DNA of 63,995 bases, counting the filler, from Octopus bimaculoides (lineage: Eukaryota): NCBI RefSeq assembly GCF_001194135.2. It is 9 parts of 9 records of this genome, joined end to end, with 100 filler letters (N's around TTAATTAATTAA, not from the genome) between each part and the next. Parts side by side here need not be neighbours in the genome. Positions count along the whole stretch, not along the records: positions 1 to 28,591 come from NC_068988.1; positions 28,692 to 31,971 come from NC_069001.1; positions 32,072 to 36,656 come from NC_068983.1; positions 36,757 to 39,484 come from NC_068981.1; 5 more parts are not named here. The stretch is one strand, 5' to 3'. Below the pieces are notes generated by a model, which searched no databases, was not told the DNA's origin, and was given only the letters and a program-made list of their open reading frames with translations. Positions 26,521-39,484 of the stretch are shown here, in pieces (position 1 is the stretch's first letter; every line of letters begins with the position of its first letter). The position numbers and the translations under genes were made by a program.

Positions 26521-27479
26521 CTATTTATAGAGTATAATAAAAGTTCATTTGTACACAAAACTTTGATCATTCTAGGGTCATAAGAGTTGGTCTCGTTGGA
26601 AGAACATCTCTCACCCGAGAAACGTCTCATACTTATGACCTTGTTTTAAATTGCAGTTGTTTCCTGCTTCTGTTGCATATAATGGATAGACATACATATA
26701 CACATTTCTGTGTGCCTGTGTATGTGTATGCGTATATATGTATGTTTGCATATATGTGTGTATGTATGTATGTATTTATATATGTATGTATACATAGATG
26801 CATGTATGTATGTATTTAAGTGTGCCTGTAGGCATACATGTGTGTGTCTTTCTATTGGCATATCTCTACTTATATATTTACGTATATTGACTTTGTAATG
26901 AATATCATAATGGCTAAATGCTTTTAAAATATCACCACTTCTATTTGCTTTCCAGAGATTATTTACACGTATTTCAAATTAAAATGTAGTACAAGAAAAT
27001 GCAATAAATTTCTAAATTTGATGGTTTAGTATATGGCGAAGCAAAAGAACATATACAGTTCCTGTATCTTTCAACATAAGTGAACTCCTCCATAAACATA
27101 TAGCGTTTTAAAAGTTGTACGAATGCTATAGCTATCGGAGCAGAATATAGCAAGCATACGTATGATACAACAGACTATAAAAAGAATTAATTTTTCTCTG
27201 TTGAAAAGAATTGCTCCTAAATTTATTCCGTAGACCACTCACGACATAAATATGTGAAATATCAGACATAAACAGTCAATCTTAGATTTTAAACTCCTTT
27301 CAACACTATATATCTGAAGTCTTTTGTAACACTTCGCTATATTTCCTATCTATTCCAATTGTGAAGTTGTTTCAAAATATTAACTCTCAATGTTTCAATT
27401 AAAAATACGTTCGATAGAATGTACGACAGGAAAATATGCATCGCAAATAAATTATTGAAAATGAATTTAAATAGATTCA

Positions 27480-28577
27480 ATCTAATATTATTGTGTTTCC
27501 CCAATATAAAGAATTGTTCTCAAATATTTTTGATAGATTTAATGATCGTCGCGATAATATCCGAGGACTGAATCATGAAATTTGGAAAATTTTATCCAGT
27601 TTCTGTATAGTTTATAACTACAAACTTGGATGTCTTCTTAATGTTTCGATGGTATATCCTCAGGAAATAAGTAATGAAGGTTTAACAATTTATTGCATAG
27701 GGATATTTTCGTTACAGACAATAACGCAAAGAATTGTATTTAGTTTCCCTCATAAATTATTTGGAAATATACTACATGGAGACATCATGCAGGTTTGGTA
27801 GCGAAAAGGCAAGGATTTCGGAACATGTTTATGATTATGGCAGTATCAAAGTTGAATAAAACTGAAACCCCGCTTATTATAAATATTGATCCGCTTCCGA
27901 TCAAAGATAGAGATATACTCTCAGGTCTATCAAGGGCAGTACCAGTTTCGTCCGTAAACACAACTTTTGAAATGTCGACCATTACGTTACCTTCTACCTA
28001 TTTCAGACGATTTTGAATGTATATTTTGTTTAAAGGTGGCCTCTTAACTGATGTTACTGGTTTACTGATCTTTTTCACAAGACGGCATCGAGTTGTTTCG
28101 TCAATGCGGTTGAAAAGTTCTCCATTTGTAAGACTTGGTTTCTTTACAGCTTTACGCTTAATTCGTGAAAGAGAGCGTTGAGAAACAACCCTCGGCTGGT
28201 CATTTTCGGCTCTCTTACATATCTTCGGAGGAGTTGTAACAATCTTTTTTCACAATGTGGTGATATCTTGCAATTATTTTAGATATTCGTAATGTTCATT
28301 TACAAAGTTCAGAAGTGACAATAGATTTCTCTGAAGCAGTTAAGTCACATTTACGACCTACACGATTATCAGAACATTCGTTAATAATTTGGAACACTGA
28401 GAGTTCATGGAAATCATGCAAATGGCCGTAGTTTGTTTACACTTCTGTAAAATCTCACGCTTTTCACATATCACGCGCATAGAACTATTGCCATCACTCT
28501 GTGGAATTTTCGTTGATTTCCAAAGAGTAGTTTTTAAATAAAAAATTTAAAATGTTACGTCACTGATAATTTGAAAC
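27480..28577 (-). mobile_element. Decayed Tc1-like DNA transposon
   Basis: GRKCDLTASEKSIV (HTH), SLSRIKRKAVKKPSLT, ETTRCRL, RPPLNK, DISKVVFTDETGTALDRPE (first D of DDE region); TIRs not clearly identified. Confidence 0.75.
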
Positions 28578-28635
28578 GCAGTATATATATANNNNNNNNN
28601 NNNNNNNNNNNNNNNNNNNNNNNNNNNNNNNNNNN

Positions 28636-28647
28636 TTAATTAATTAA
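28636..28647. other. Assembly linker TTAATTAATTAA (also 32016, 36701, 39529, 44796, 53682, 59336, 62652)
   Basis: Identical 12-mer with stops in all six frames, each flanked by ~44 N (100-bp gap). Confidence 0.95.
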
Positions 28648-28691
28648 NNNNNNNNNNNNNNNNNNNNNNNNNNNNNNNNNNNNNNNNNNNN

Positions 28692-28822
28692 AGAGAAAAA
28701 GAGAGAAGAGAAAAAGAGAGAAGAGAAAAAGAGAGAAGAGAAAAAGAGAGAAGAGAAAAAGAGAGAAGAGAAAAAGAGAGAAGAGAAAAAGTGAGAAGAG
28801 AAAAAGAGAGAAGAGAAAAAGA
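28692..28822. repeat. 15-bp purine minisatellite (AGAAAAAGAGAGAAG)n
   Basis: Direct reading. Confidence 0.85.
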
Positions 28823-29309
28823 GTTATAGAGGCTGGAAGTTTTGAAGCAGCCGTCCCTAGTTATCCTCTTTCTTATTGATTTTCAAAGAGATATTCACAT
28901 CAGCTAACCTGTATGGCAGTATATACTTTTTCTTGTCTTTCCCCCAAAACAATATCCAGCCTATTATGTTTACACTTGACAGATGTTTTGAAGAGAATGT
29001 TCCACCATACTATCTGTGCTGGTATTTGTATACGTATTCAACAACAGGGGGATTCTCAATATTTATTCCAGGACAATCTTTTTACCAAATTGCATTATAT
29101 ATTGTTACTACACTTGTCCTTCTCCGTTCTTCTCTCTTCTTGTCTGTCCTATCTTACAAAAAGAAGAGTGAATGCTCGCAACGCAAATAGCTTTTACTTC
29201 ATTTTCTCATTTACTGAGCGTCTAACTAATACATTCCTTGATTATCTTTACCTTGTCTGTTATATTCTTTAAACTCCACCTCCTACCATATGCACACATA
29301 TTCTTTTAT

Positions 29310-29500
29310 TCTTTCACTGTTTCAGTAATTTGAATGCGGCCATGTTGGAGCACCAGCTTAAAGAATTTTTTTGTCCAAGAAATCGACCTTAGCATTTATT
29401 CTTTGAAAGACTAGTTCTTATTCAATCTGTCTCTTATGCTAAACCGCTATGTTACAAAGACGTAAACACACCAACATCGGTTGCCAATGCCGAAAGTGTC
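29310..29500 (-). mobile_element. SINE family D, diverged
   Basis: tgcggccatgttggagcacc...aaatcgacc...gacgtaaacacaccaacatcggttg; same family as 62375-62590. Confidence 0.7.
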
Positions 29501-29509
29501 AATATCGTG

Positions 29510-29600
29510 ACACATGCTCAAGGTGTCACGCAGTGGGACTGAACCTGGTACCATGTGATTGGGTAACAAGCTCCTTATCACACAGCCACGCCTGCGCCTA
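29510..29600 (-). mobile_element. SINE family B head
   Basis: caaggtgtcacgcagtgggactgaacctggtaccatgtgattgggtaacaagctccttatcacacagccacgcctgcgcc = reverse tRNA-like head. Confidence 0.75.
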
Positions 29601-29788
29601 TGTGTGTGTGTGTGTGTGTGTGAGTGTATACATATAATATAAATATATATATGTATGTAAGGGTGTGCATGTAATGTGTATGTATACGTTTATATGTATG
29701 CATGTATGTATATTACATAATAAGGATGCATTGTAAGAGCGTCCCAACACAGCTGTATTTGTGCTTAGATAGAGTCTATGTATGTATG

Positions 29789-29826
<38 letters not shown>

Positions 29827-29827
<1 letters not shown>

Positions 29828-30240
29828 TAGCAGAGACACCCAGCTTAAATGCACAGAATACTCAGTTTCAGACAAAAATTTCCTAGCACATGTGCTGGAA
29901 CTACTAGATCACATGACATATAAGAAAATTATATTGGTTTATTAGTAAGTCCCATGGCTATTTGTGGCACTAGTGCTTGAAAACACACGAGGATTTTATA
30001 CATATGGCTGACAGAGAAATCGCTGCTATATCTAGCCGAGAACGTCTACCGTTGATAAGATCATTGAAAGCTGAAAACTGGTGCCCTAGTTGTTCCGGCG
30101 GCAGTGGTGGACGATTATCACCCATTAGAGATATAAACACGATTATATGCACCACAAGTCGATGCGAGATGTTCTCGTGGTAAATAAAGTAATATTTTGT
30201 TTACCCAAAACGTACACTTCTATATGAGAATAAATATTAA
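29827..30240 (-). mobile_element. Second Helitron-like segment ending in the same 3' CTAG terminus
   Basis: ctagcagagacaccc at 29827-29841 is identical to 30418-30432 and also follows (TA)n. Confidence 0.5.
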
Positions 30241-30339
30241 CTATCGGTATTAATACTGCTTCTGTCGATATTAAATATGTCTCTGTGTGTGTATGTACGT
30301 GTGTGTATGTATGCATGTATATATGTATATCTGGATATA

Positions 30340-30414
<75 letters not shown>

Positions 30415-30417
30415 ATA

Positions 30418-31100
30418 CTAGCAGAGACACCCAACGTCGCTCGGGATTAAAATGGTATAGTTTATATATATATAGATATATATATTACAGTTATGTTGAA
30501 ACAGGTGAATCGGGGAAGTGCAACATTGACGACAAAACATTTGTGGAGTAAATAATGGTCTAATTCGACTAATCGACATGTAATATATCGGAGGATTGGA
30601 AGATTCCAAGTGCTAACCTATCATGGAAAATTGGGGGTGAAGGTATGTAATTTTCTAACCCAATGAAAAGCTCAGTGGAATACTCTCCTTTGAGGCGGTC
30701 AGCGCTACGTCTAACACGACCTGTCGTATGGTGACAGTCAAATGAATGGAGGTGTAATGGAGATATTCTAGGTAAATGGGTACATTCTAGAAATAGGTTG
30801 CAATGGGAGATGGTAAGGAGCTGGTAGTGCTTGCAATCTTACCTTACCGCCCGAGCAGCACATGCCATTTGTTTCATTTGGAAATTTGAAAGCTTTGCCG
30901 AAACGACAATTTGAGTGTAGCACACCATTTTGTACAGAATTATCATTTTTATAGGAATAGGATGTTTCTGGAGGGATTACGTCTTTTCTTTGGTAGCATA
31001 TTATTTTCAATATTGTAAACAAAAAATTATGGACATACAAAAAATATACATTAATCTCTATTTTCGTAAGCAATTGTAAATATATATTATGTCCGTATTT
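30418..31100 (-). mobile_element. Helitron remnant (3' terminus plus Rep N-terminal zinc-motif fragment)
   Basis: Minus strand: CCCGAGCGACGTTGGG hairpin, 8 nt, CTAG, then T (30418-30445); HSNCRFGKAFKFPNETNGMCCSGGKVRL matches the Helitron C..C.A.KF..E..G.CC..GKV motif. Confidence 0.75.
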
Positions 31101-31950
31101 TTGTATGCTGTGTAAATTTATGAAATATAAGCAAATGAACGAAATAGCACATGTATGGAACTTCTAATTTAACGGTAAATGCTACAAAAATTATTACAGA
31201 GAGACAAAGAATTTTATGTCTTACCTTGCAACTTCTGCGATAATTATCATCCGGTGGTAATGAATCCGTAAATATGTATTGTTTTAAAGGAAATGAATAT
31301 AAGATTTTGTTTTGACACTGGACAACTCACACTTCACTCATGTCAGTCGTCCACAAAGTATATAAAACAAGCAACACACAACAAGAAGAAAGAGACAAAA
31401 ATAAAATAACACGTGACAATTTTTTTTTTTTTTGCAAAAACGTTCAATGACAGTTAACTGGAGTGTGGGGTTCGAGTAGAAGTCATTCCACTTTTTGATT
31501 TATCATTACCATTCTTTTCGTTCGATTTTATTTTCCTCCGCTTTTCTGTGGTTTTTTCTGTGTTGTTCCCTCTGTGTTTCGACCCTGTGTGGTTAATAAA
31601 AAAATTAAGTCGTCAGGTATGTATATGTATGAATAGATGTGTATGCATGTGTATGTGTGTTTAATAACGTACTGTATATAGTATGTCTATACTTTTGTAT
31701 GCAGTATAAATTAAGGAAATAGAAACACTTGTACAGAGAGACAAAGAATTTTATATTTTACCTGCCAAACTTGCAATTGCTGCGATAATTATTCATCGGT
31801 AATGGAACAGTAAATCTGTATTTTTTTAAAGGAAATGAAAATAAAATTTCGTATCGACACTTCACGCATATCAGTCATCAGGTATGTCTGCGTAGATCTG
31901 TGAGTGTTTAATAACGTACCGTGATAATATGTCTGTATTTTCGTATGCAG
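31083..31950. repeat. Diverged ~200-270 bp direct repeats (2 full, 1 partial)
   Basis: acagagagacaaagaattttat...tgcgataattat...ttttaaaggaaatgaa at ~31195 and ~31733; gtatgc(t/a)gt(g/a)taaatt at ~31100, ~31697 and ~31943. Confidence 0.75.
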
Positions 31951-32176
31951 TGTAAATTAATCCCCCCCCCCNNNNNNNNNNNNNNNNNNNNNNNNNNNNN
32001 NNNNNNNNNNNNNNNTTAATTAATTAANNNNNNNNNNNNNNNNNNNNNNNNNNNNNNNNNNNNNNNNNNNNACGTGATAGCTGGTGGTGGCGGTGGTGGT
32101 GGGTTTGATATTGGTCAGGTAAGATAATCAAGGCAGTAATGCGGAGGAGGAGGAGGAGGAGGAGGAGGAGGAGGAA

Positions 32177-32209
<33 letters not shown>

Positions 32210-32483
32210 GCGGAGAGGAGGTAATGATATATTTGAAGGTTCAGTGCGTGACAGTATTAACTCGAGTAAAAATTGCTCGATGAACTTGAAGTAGCTTGGT
32301 TTGAGCATTCGTATATGCACATGCATCTATATATGCATACATCTTGGCAGTTTGACAAACAGAGATTGATCAAATAAGTCCGAAACTGAAATAAATACCG
32401 CTTAAAAAAAAAGGAATAGCAGAATCTGTGAGAGAAAAAGAGAGAGCGAGTGTTTGTGTGTGTGTGTGTGGTGGGGGTGAGTA

Positions 32484-32689
32484 CGAGGAAGTGCTGAAAA
32501 GTTCCTTGCTTTAAGGGTTTCGCGAAAGGCTTGGTTGGAGGCCCAACCTTCTGACTCCTTATATAGGGCTTAGAAAAACTGAAAGACCGTTGCAATATGT
32601 GTGTGAATCTGAGAGGGGAATATGTTGAATAAAATCATAAACTGGTCCTCATGTATTTTCTTTTACCCAAATCCATGGACTTTACAGCA

Positions 32690-32697
<8 letters not shown>
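32484..32697 (+). mobile_element. Mariner-derived MITE
   Basis: TA|cgaggaagtgctgaaaagttcc ... ggactttacagcaccccctcg imperfect TIRs; interior encodes GLEKLKDRCNMCVNLRGEYVE (mariner transposase C-terminus). Confidence 0.85.
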
Positions 32698-32749
<52 letters not shown>

Positions 32750-33739
32750 TGAGAGCGTTTTCAGCGTAGCGTAGCAGATATCAGGGTATCAATCGTCTGT
32801 AATTTATTTTGTCTTCTACGGTTTCAAACGGAAGGTTGTTTTATTCAGACTACGGGGAGTTAACAAATCGCAGGGGTTCCCACTAACTCGCATTTGATAC
32901 TGCCGTTGGCTGCGTCACAGCGTGCCCGCATTCTAAGGCCCGCAAACTAAGCTTTTCAGACGCTCAGTGAAAAAGAAATTGATCCGATTGAGAGAAAGAG
33001 AATGGAATGCCCGAAACAGTGCTAGAAAACGTCCTAATGAGACCTTAATCAGTGGTAAACTCTGACTTCCTCATCAAGGAATTATGATAAGTTGGTGAAA
33101 ATAAGACCTCTTTTATAATGTAAGGTATGAAATGTTAAATGGTGTTCCTAAATATCCCCTATAATAATTCTTGTGGCTTAACTGAAATGCTTGCTTCCAC
33201 GTAAGAATTGAGACCCAGTGACGAATACCAAGTTGCCTTTTTTCTCTAATATTGGCTTCTTTTTGCTAATACTTTGAACGGAATTTTGGGACCAATGTTT
33301 TGAACCATAAAAATAAATGTTCAAAGCTCTAACAAACTGGAGGACTTTTACTTTAGCCAATTGTAATTATAGATTAAGCGAATCTGCGGTACTTGCCAAG
33401 AAGATGCACTAAGGTTAAAAGTGATATAACCAGGATTTAGAGTACGCCATCTCTTACGTTGTGGGCAACACTTTATGGAAACGGAAGAAGATGACCGAGA
33501 AGACACAGTAAACTCCGAAAATGTGTCGTAGTAACGACGAACCAAGAGTTTAGTTCTTCATAATCAGCTATGCCACTCACCAGGTGGCGAATTTCGGAGT
33601 CGTTAAAGCATCGGATAGAATCCTTCAGACTCTCTACGCTCTTACTTCAAGATCTCTCCGAATAATTGTTTTGTCTTTCACATTCCCTCAACTTTTCCAC
33701 TTGGAAGTGGTTTTATTGCCAAAAAACAATCATTTCTTT

Positions 33740-34102
33740 CAAATAATGATAACATTGGTTTTAAATTTTGACACAAGGCCAGAAATTTCGGGGAATGGGG
33801 TAATTCAATTACATCGACCCCATTACTCAACTGGCATCTATCTATCGACCCCGATAGGATGAAAGGCGAAGTCGACCTCGGTGGAATTTGAACTCAGAAC
33901 GCGAAGACAGAGGAAATGCCGCTTGTAATAATAATGATTTCAACTTTCAGCACAAGACCAGCAATTTCGGGAGAAGGAGAAAGTCTATTACATTGACCCC
34001 AGTGATCAACTGGTACTTATTTTATCGAACGCGAATGGATGAAAAGCAAAGTCGACCTCGGTAGAATTTGAACTCAGCACGTAAAGACGGACGAAATGCC
34101 GC
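33740..34102 (-). mobile_element. Two adjacent SINE family A copies
   Basis: gatgaaaggcgaagtcgacctcggtggaatttgaactcag at ~33860-33900 and again at ~34040-34080. Confidence 0.85.
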
Positions 34103-34152
<50 letters not shown>

Positions 34153-34253
34153 TCTTTGTATTGTTCAACCAATAAAAATATCTATTACAATTGAATCGCG
34201 CTCTTCGTCTTGACTGTTTACTTTTGTGAAGAGTTACGTGAATCCTTTTTTTT

Positions 34254-34291
<38 letters not shown>

Positions 34292-34292
<1 letters not shown>

Positions 34293-35995
34293 GTTTAGTG
34301 ATGACATTAGTATGTTATTTGGCCTCGATAAATGCGCAAAAGCTACTTTTATCAGAGGGAAAATGGTAGAAACATCCGACATTGAACTTGACCAATGTTG
34401 TTAAGGAGTTAGAAACCGGGGATGGGTTACAGATACTTAGGAATATATGAAGGTGATGGAATCAAACATTCAATGATGAGAGAAAAGATCAGAAGAGAAT
34501 GTTATCGCAGGGCAAGGGCAATACTCAAGACAAAGCTAAACTCAAGAAACAGGATCGAAGCGATTAATACATTAGTCATACTGGTTGTGACTTACCGTTT
34601 CAATATTATTAACTGGTCAATTACTGAAATCTGTAAGCTAGAGAGAAAAATTCGAAAATTGTTGACAATGAATAGAATGCACCACCCAAAGGCAGGCGTA
34701 GAACGACTTCACTTGCCAATAAAAGAGGATGGCCGTTGACTCTTACAACTTGAATTGATACTGAAGATTGTCACAATTGGCCTAAACATTTATCTGAAAA
34801 ATTTTGATGACTGGATAGCACGAAAACAAGAATACATCATACTCAGTAACAAAACAGGCAATGAAACATCTGAGTGGATTCCAAATACAGCAAGCCCCAG
34901 AATTAGATGTACTGGAAACAAGCACAGAAAAATTAAATGTATGTAAACCCTTGCTAATAGTGCTGCCTTAGATATTCTCACTGATGAATGGCAGAAAAAC
35001 TTCACAATAGTAAATACCCAAATGGTTAGCGTCTTCTGGCTTAAAATCAGAGACAGGCGGGTTTATCAAAGCAGCTGAGGATCAGTGCCTACCTACAAGA
35101 AGCTACCAGGCTAACATTTTAAAATATGGCAGTAGCACAACGTGCCGTGTGTGTATACAACAGGCTGAAACTATTGATCATATTGTCTCCATGTGCAGCC
35201 TTCTTGTGCCTACAGAGTATCTCAACATGTATAATAGAGCGGCACAGTATATTCACTGGGTAATTTACAAGGACCTGGATCTGCCTTATGATAAAACTGG
35301 TAGGAATACAAACTACCTCCAGTGCTTGAAAATGATCACATCTCACTCCTTTGGAACTTTATTGCTCAAAATGACAGAAAGATAGGTGCAAACAGGTCAG
35401 ACACTATATTGAAGAATTTCAGACAAAAATCATGCTTCTTCATCGTTATGACTGTTCCAATCGATATAAATATATCTGTCAAGACCTACCAAAAACTGAG
35501 CAAATATAAAGATCTTGAAGTAGAAATTGACAAACTTTGGAAACTCAAGACTAAAACAATTCCTGTTGTCAGAGGTGCCCTACTAACGATAGCAAAAGGG
35601 GCTGATTGTTACCTATCTAACACACCAGGAATTCCAAAAGTGGAAGAAATTCAAAAACTAGTGCTCGTGGGAACTACTCTTATCCTACGAAAAATATTAT
35701 CGATTTAATTCCAAAAACATTTTAATCTGTCAGCATTATCAAAACTACTTTTAAATATACATAATAGCAAACACCTCTTACTACTGTCATCTTAAGATCA
35801 CACTATCATCTTATCATCAAATTACTTTTAAAATAAACTTTTAGTTTTGACAGATATTCTCTAGAACAATAGTCTGTGGAAAACCAAAAATATGGTACCC
35901 TAATCACAACATCAACTTGAACATCTACTTTGTTGTCTCTTGAGGTCACTGGTTGAAACTTGGAGTAGTCTTGTATAAATACAAAGCAAAACTGA
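34292..35995 (+). mobile_element. 5'-truncated R4/Dong-clade non-LTR retrotransposon (RT end, CCHC, RLE, 3' UTR)
   Basis: FGLDKCAK; YRYLG; NRIEAINT; HPKAGVERLHLP; CRVC..AETIDHIVSMC; NRSD..; QKLSKYKDL; IPVVRGAL; LVGTTLILRKILSI; 5' junction lies in (TAA)n. Confidence 0.9.
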
Positions 35996-35999
35996 ATTT

Positions 36000-36325
36000 G
36001 GGGGGGGAGGGGGATTATCGATTACATCGACTCCAGTGTTTCACTGGTACTTAATTTATCGACTGCGAAAGGATGAAAAGCAAAGTCAACCTTAGTGGAA
36101 ATTGAACTAAGAACGTAGCGACGGGCGAAATACCGCTAAGCATTTCGTCCAGCGTGCTAACGATTCTACTAGCTCAATAACCTTTTCTAATACAGGCACA
36201 AGGCCTGAAATTTTTGAGGAGTAGGGAAGTCGATTATATCGACTCTAGTGCTCAACTGATATTTATTTTATCGATCCCGAAAGGATGAAAGGCAAAGTTG
36301 ATCTCGGAGGAATTTCAGATTACTT
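36000..36325 (-). mobile_element. Two adjacent SINE family A copies
   Basis: aaggatgaaaagcaaagtcaacc and aaggatgaaaggcaaagttgatctcgg. Confidence 0.8.
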
Positions 36326-36888
36326 AAAAAGCGGGAAGAAATACCAATTTCTTTATTACCCACAAGGGGCCAAACACAGATGGGACAATACACACATGCG
36401 GGGACAATTAACACATGATAGAATGGAACAATGAAATTAAACAATGATGATGGGACGGCCACCCCAGCCCCACCCCGGGGCGGCCGCGTTATTTCAATTA
36501 TTTCAACAGTTCTTAATAGTTCCTTTCACAATTATCTCAATAATTTATCCAAAATAAAAATATTCACCATTTTATATAATCTTTTATTTCCTCGTAGTTC
36601 ACCACTGGAGCGCTGGGTTCGAAATTCACCTCGGGCCCCAGTGGGTTTATATCTGTNNNNNNNNNNNNNNNNNNNNNNNNNNNNNNNNNNNNNNNNNNNN
36701 TTAATTAATTAANNNNNNNNNNNNNNNNNNNNNNNNNNNNNNNNNNNNNNNNNNNNTATATATATATATATATACATGCATATATTTATACATATATATA
36801 TATATATACATGTATATACATACATATACATACATATATATACCTACATATATATATATATATATATAACATACTTATATATACCTAC

Positions 36889-36924
<36 letters not shown>

Positions 36925-37264
36925 NNNNNNNNNNTATATAACATACATATATATACGTACATATATATACATATATATATATATATATAACATACATACT
37001 CATGTATGCTTATAAGCAGCTGTATAGATATGTATATTATAAATATAAGAAAATTTAAGCGTTTATAGCTGTAAACTCGCATCAAAACGTACATAAACAC
37101 ACACATACATACATACATACATACATACATACATAAATACATACTTAAATACATGTACATATATATGTGCATATTACTACTAATACGTGTATGAGATGAA
37201 GAAATAGTGTGGAAAAGAGGCAAAAAAGTTGCTTCTTGACTAGGTGGAATGGGTTGAGTTCAAC

Positions 37265-37350
37265 AGCCTGCCGCCTTGGGGACTTGTCTTCTATTAAAGC
37301 GTCAGGCCGATAAAACTCTTTTGATGAGATCTCGTAAACGGAAACTGAAA
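37265..37350 (+). mobile_element. SINE family B body fragment
   Basis: ccttggggacttgtcttctatt...aaacggaaactgaaagaagcc. Confidence 0.6.
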
Positions 37351-37598
37351 GAAGCCTTTCGTGTACTCACACACACACTCACACACTTACTCTCTCTCAC
37401 TCAGGCGTACACATTTGTACATATACATTTGTTTGGGTTAGTGTTTACTAGTCTAATAGACCGTAACATAGAGATGAGGCAAGACAGAACAGTAGTGTCA
37501 GTACCAAATTTACAAAGAGAGAGTCGAAGAAACAAAAAAAAATCGAAATCAGTCTTGCTTTATGTAACTGAATCGCGTAAAATGTAAACGTATATATA

Positions 37599-37643
<45 letters not shown>

Positions 37644-38432
37644 NNNNNNNNNNNNNNNNNNNNNNNNNNNNNNNNNNNNNNNNNNNNNNNNNNNNNNNNN
37701 NNNNNNNNNNNNNNNNNNNNNNNNNNNNNNNNNNNNNNNNNNNNNNNNNNNNNNNNNNNNNNNNNNNNNNNNNNNNNNNNNNNNNNNNNNNNNNNNNNNN
37801 NNNNNNNNNNNNNNNNNNNNNNNNNNNNNNNNNNNNNNNNNNNNNNNNNNNNNNNNNNNNNNNNNNNNNNNNNNNNNNNNNNNNNNNNNNNNNNNNNNNN
37901 NNNNNNNNNNNNNNNNNNNNNNNNNNNNNNNNNNNNNNNNNNNNNNNNNNNNNNNNNNNNNNNNNNNNNNNNNNNNNNNNNNNNNNNNNNNNNNNNNNNN
38001 NNNNNNNNNNNNNNNNNNNNNNNNNNNNNNNNNNNNNNNNNNNNNNNNNNNNNNNNNNNNNNNNNNNNNNNNNNNNNNNNNNNNNNNNNNNNNNNNNNNN
38101 NNNNNNNNNNNNNNNNNNNNNNNNNNNNNNNNNNNNNNNNNNNNNNNNNNNNNNNNNNNNNNNNNNNNNNNNNNNNNNNNNNNNNNNNNNNNNNNNNNNN
38201 NNNNNNNNNNNNNNNNNNNNNNNNNNNNNNNNNNNNNNNNNNNNNNNNNNNNNNNNNNNNNNNNNNNNNNNNNNNNNNNNNNNNNNNNNNNNNNNNNNNN
38301 NNNNNNNNNNNNNNNNNNNNNNNNNNNNNNNNNNNNNNNNNNNNNNNNNNNNNNNNNNNNNNNNNNNNNNNNNNNNNNNNNNNNNNTATATATCGTATAT
38401 ATGAATACAGACACAGGCACATACATATATGC

Positions 38433-38491
<59 letters not shown>

Positions 38492-39401
38492 CGTTTATAC
38501 TGTGAATAATATACTTATATATGTTACAGTCTTCATATATTATTCGTATATTATTTGGCGTTTTGCGATGTGAGGTATTATGTGTTGTTACATTTAGACT
38601 GTGGTATTCAATTCACTTGTTGACTCTTTCAATTTGCCTTCATTTACATTGTATAACAGTATGTCATTCCATTACTGTCTCATGCTCTATATAAAGGAAA
38701 GATGTTTTCATACACACACACACACACACACAGACACACACACACATACACATGCATTAAATGTGTGTTTATATATACGATTATAGTATGTATTTGTATA
38801 TGTTTATATCTGAATATATATTTTTATATAAACATATACATATTTATATACATTTATATATTGATATGTATGTACAATTGTATATATTTTCATTTACATG
38901 TACACGTATGTATTAATATGTCAAATCGTTTAAATTTCTATGTATACACGCATTCATATGACTGTACTTATATGTATGTACTTATATACATATACATACA
39001 TATTATATATATATATTATATACATCTATATTCATACACACTTGTCATCTTTATACTATTTACTGTTGGCATCTTCATATCCTACATTGGTATGGAATGT
39101 AGTAAGTTTCTCAGAAATTGTTTATGTTTTGTACTTGTGCATACCACTCATGTACACTTCTCTTCAATATAACCTGGATTGATGTAAATCCCGACACATT
39201 TCACTCCATCTTTTGGACATATAGAGCTTAATTTGTTCAGTGCATTTATTGAATAATTGAAGTATCTGGTAATTCAAGAGACTCGTGACTTCTTCCTCTA
39301 GATATGAACTGAAATAAAATTGTTGTGCCAGAAAAATATTTATGTAAAATTGCAAGACATATATTCGTATATGAATACGTATCTATTTGTCTGTCTATCT
39401 G

Positions 39402-39484
<83 letters not shown>

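Noticed and set aside
33030-33070. ctaatgagacc...ggtaaac hammerhead-like pattern
   Set aside because: Core has G5 mutated and lacks GAAA; too degenerate.
33435-33515. Possible exon DLEYAISYVVGNTLWKRKKMTEKT
   Set aside because: No recognisable protein and a weak acceptor context.
39170-39350. Frame ...QIKLYMSKRWSEMCRDL resembling a LINE 'RW.EY..L' motif
   Set aside because: Similarity too short to call.
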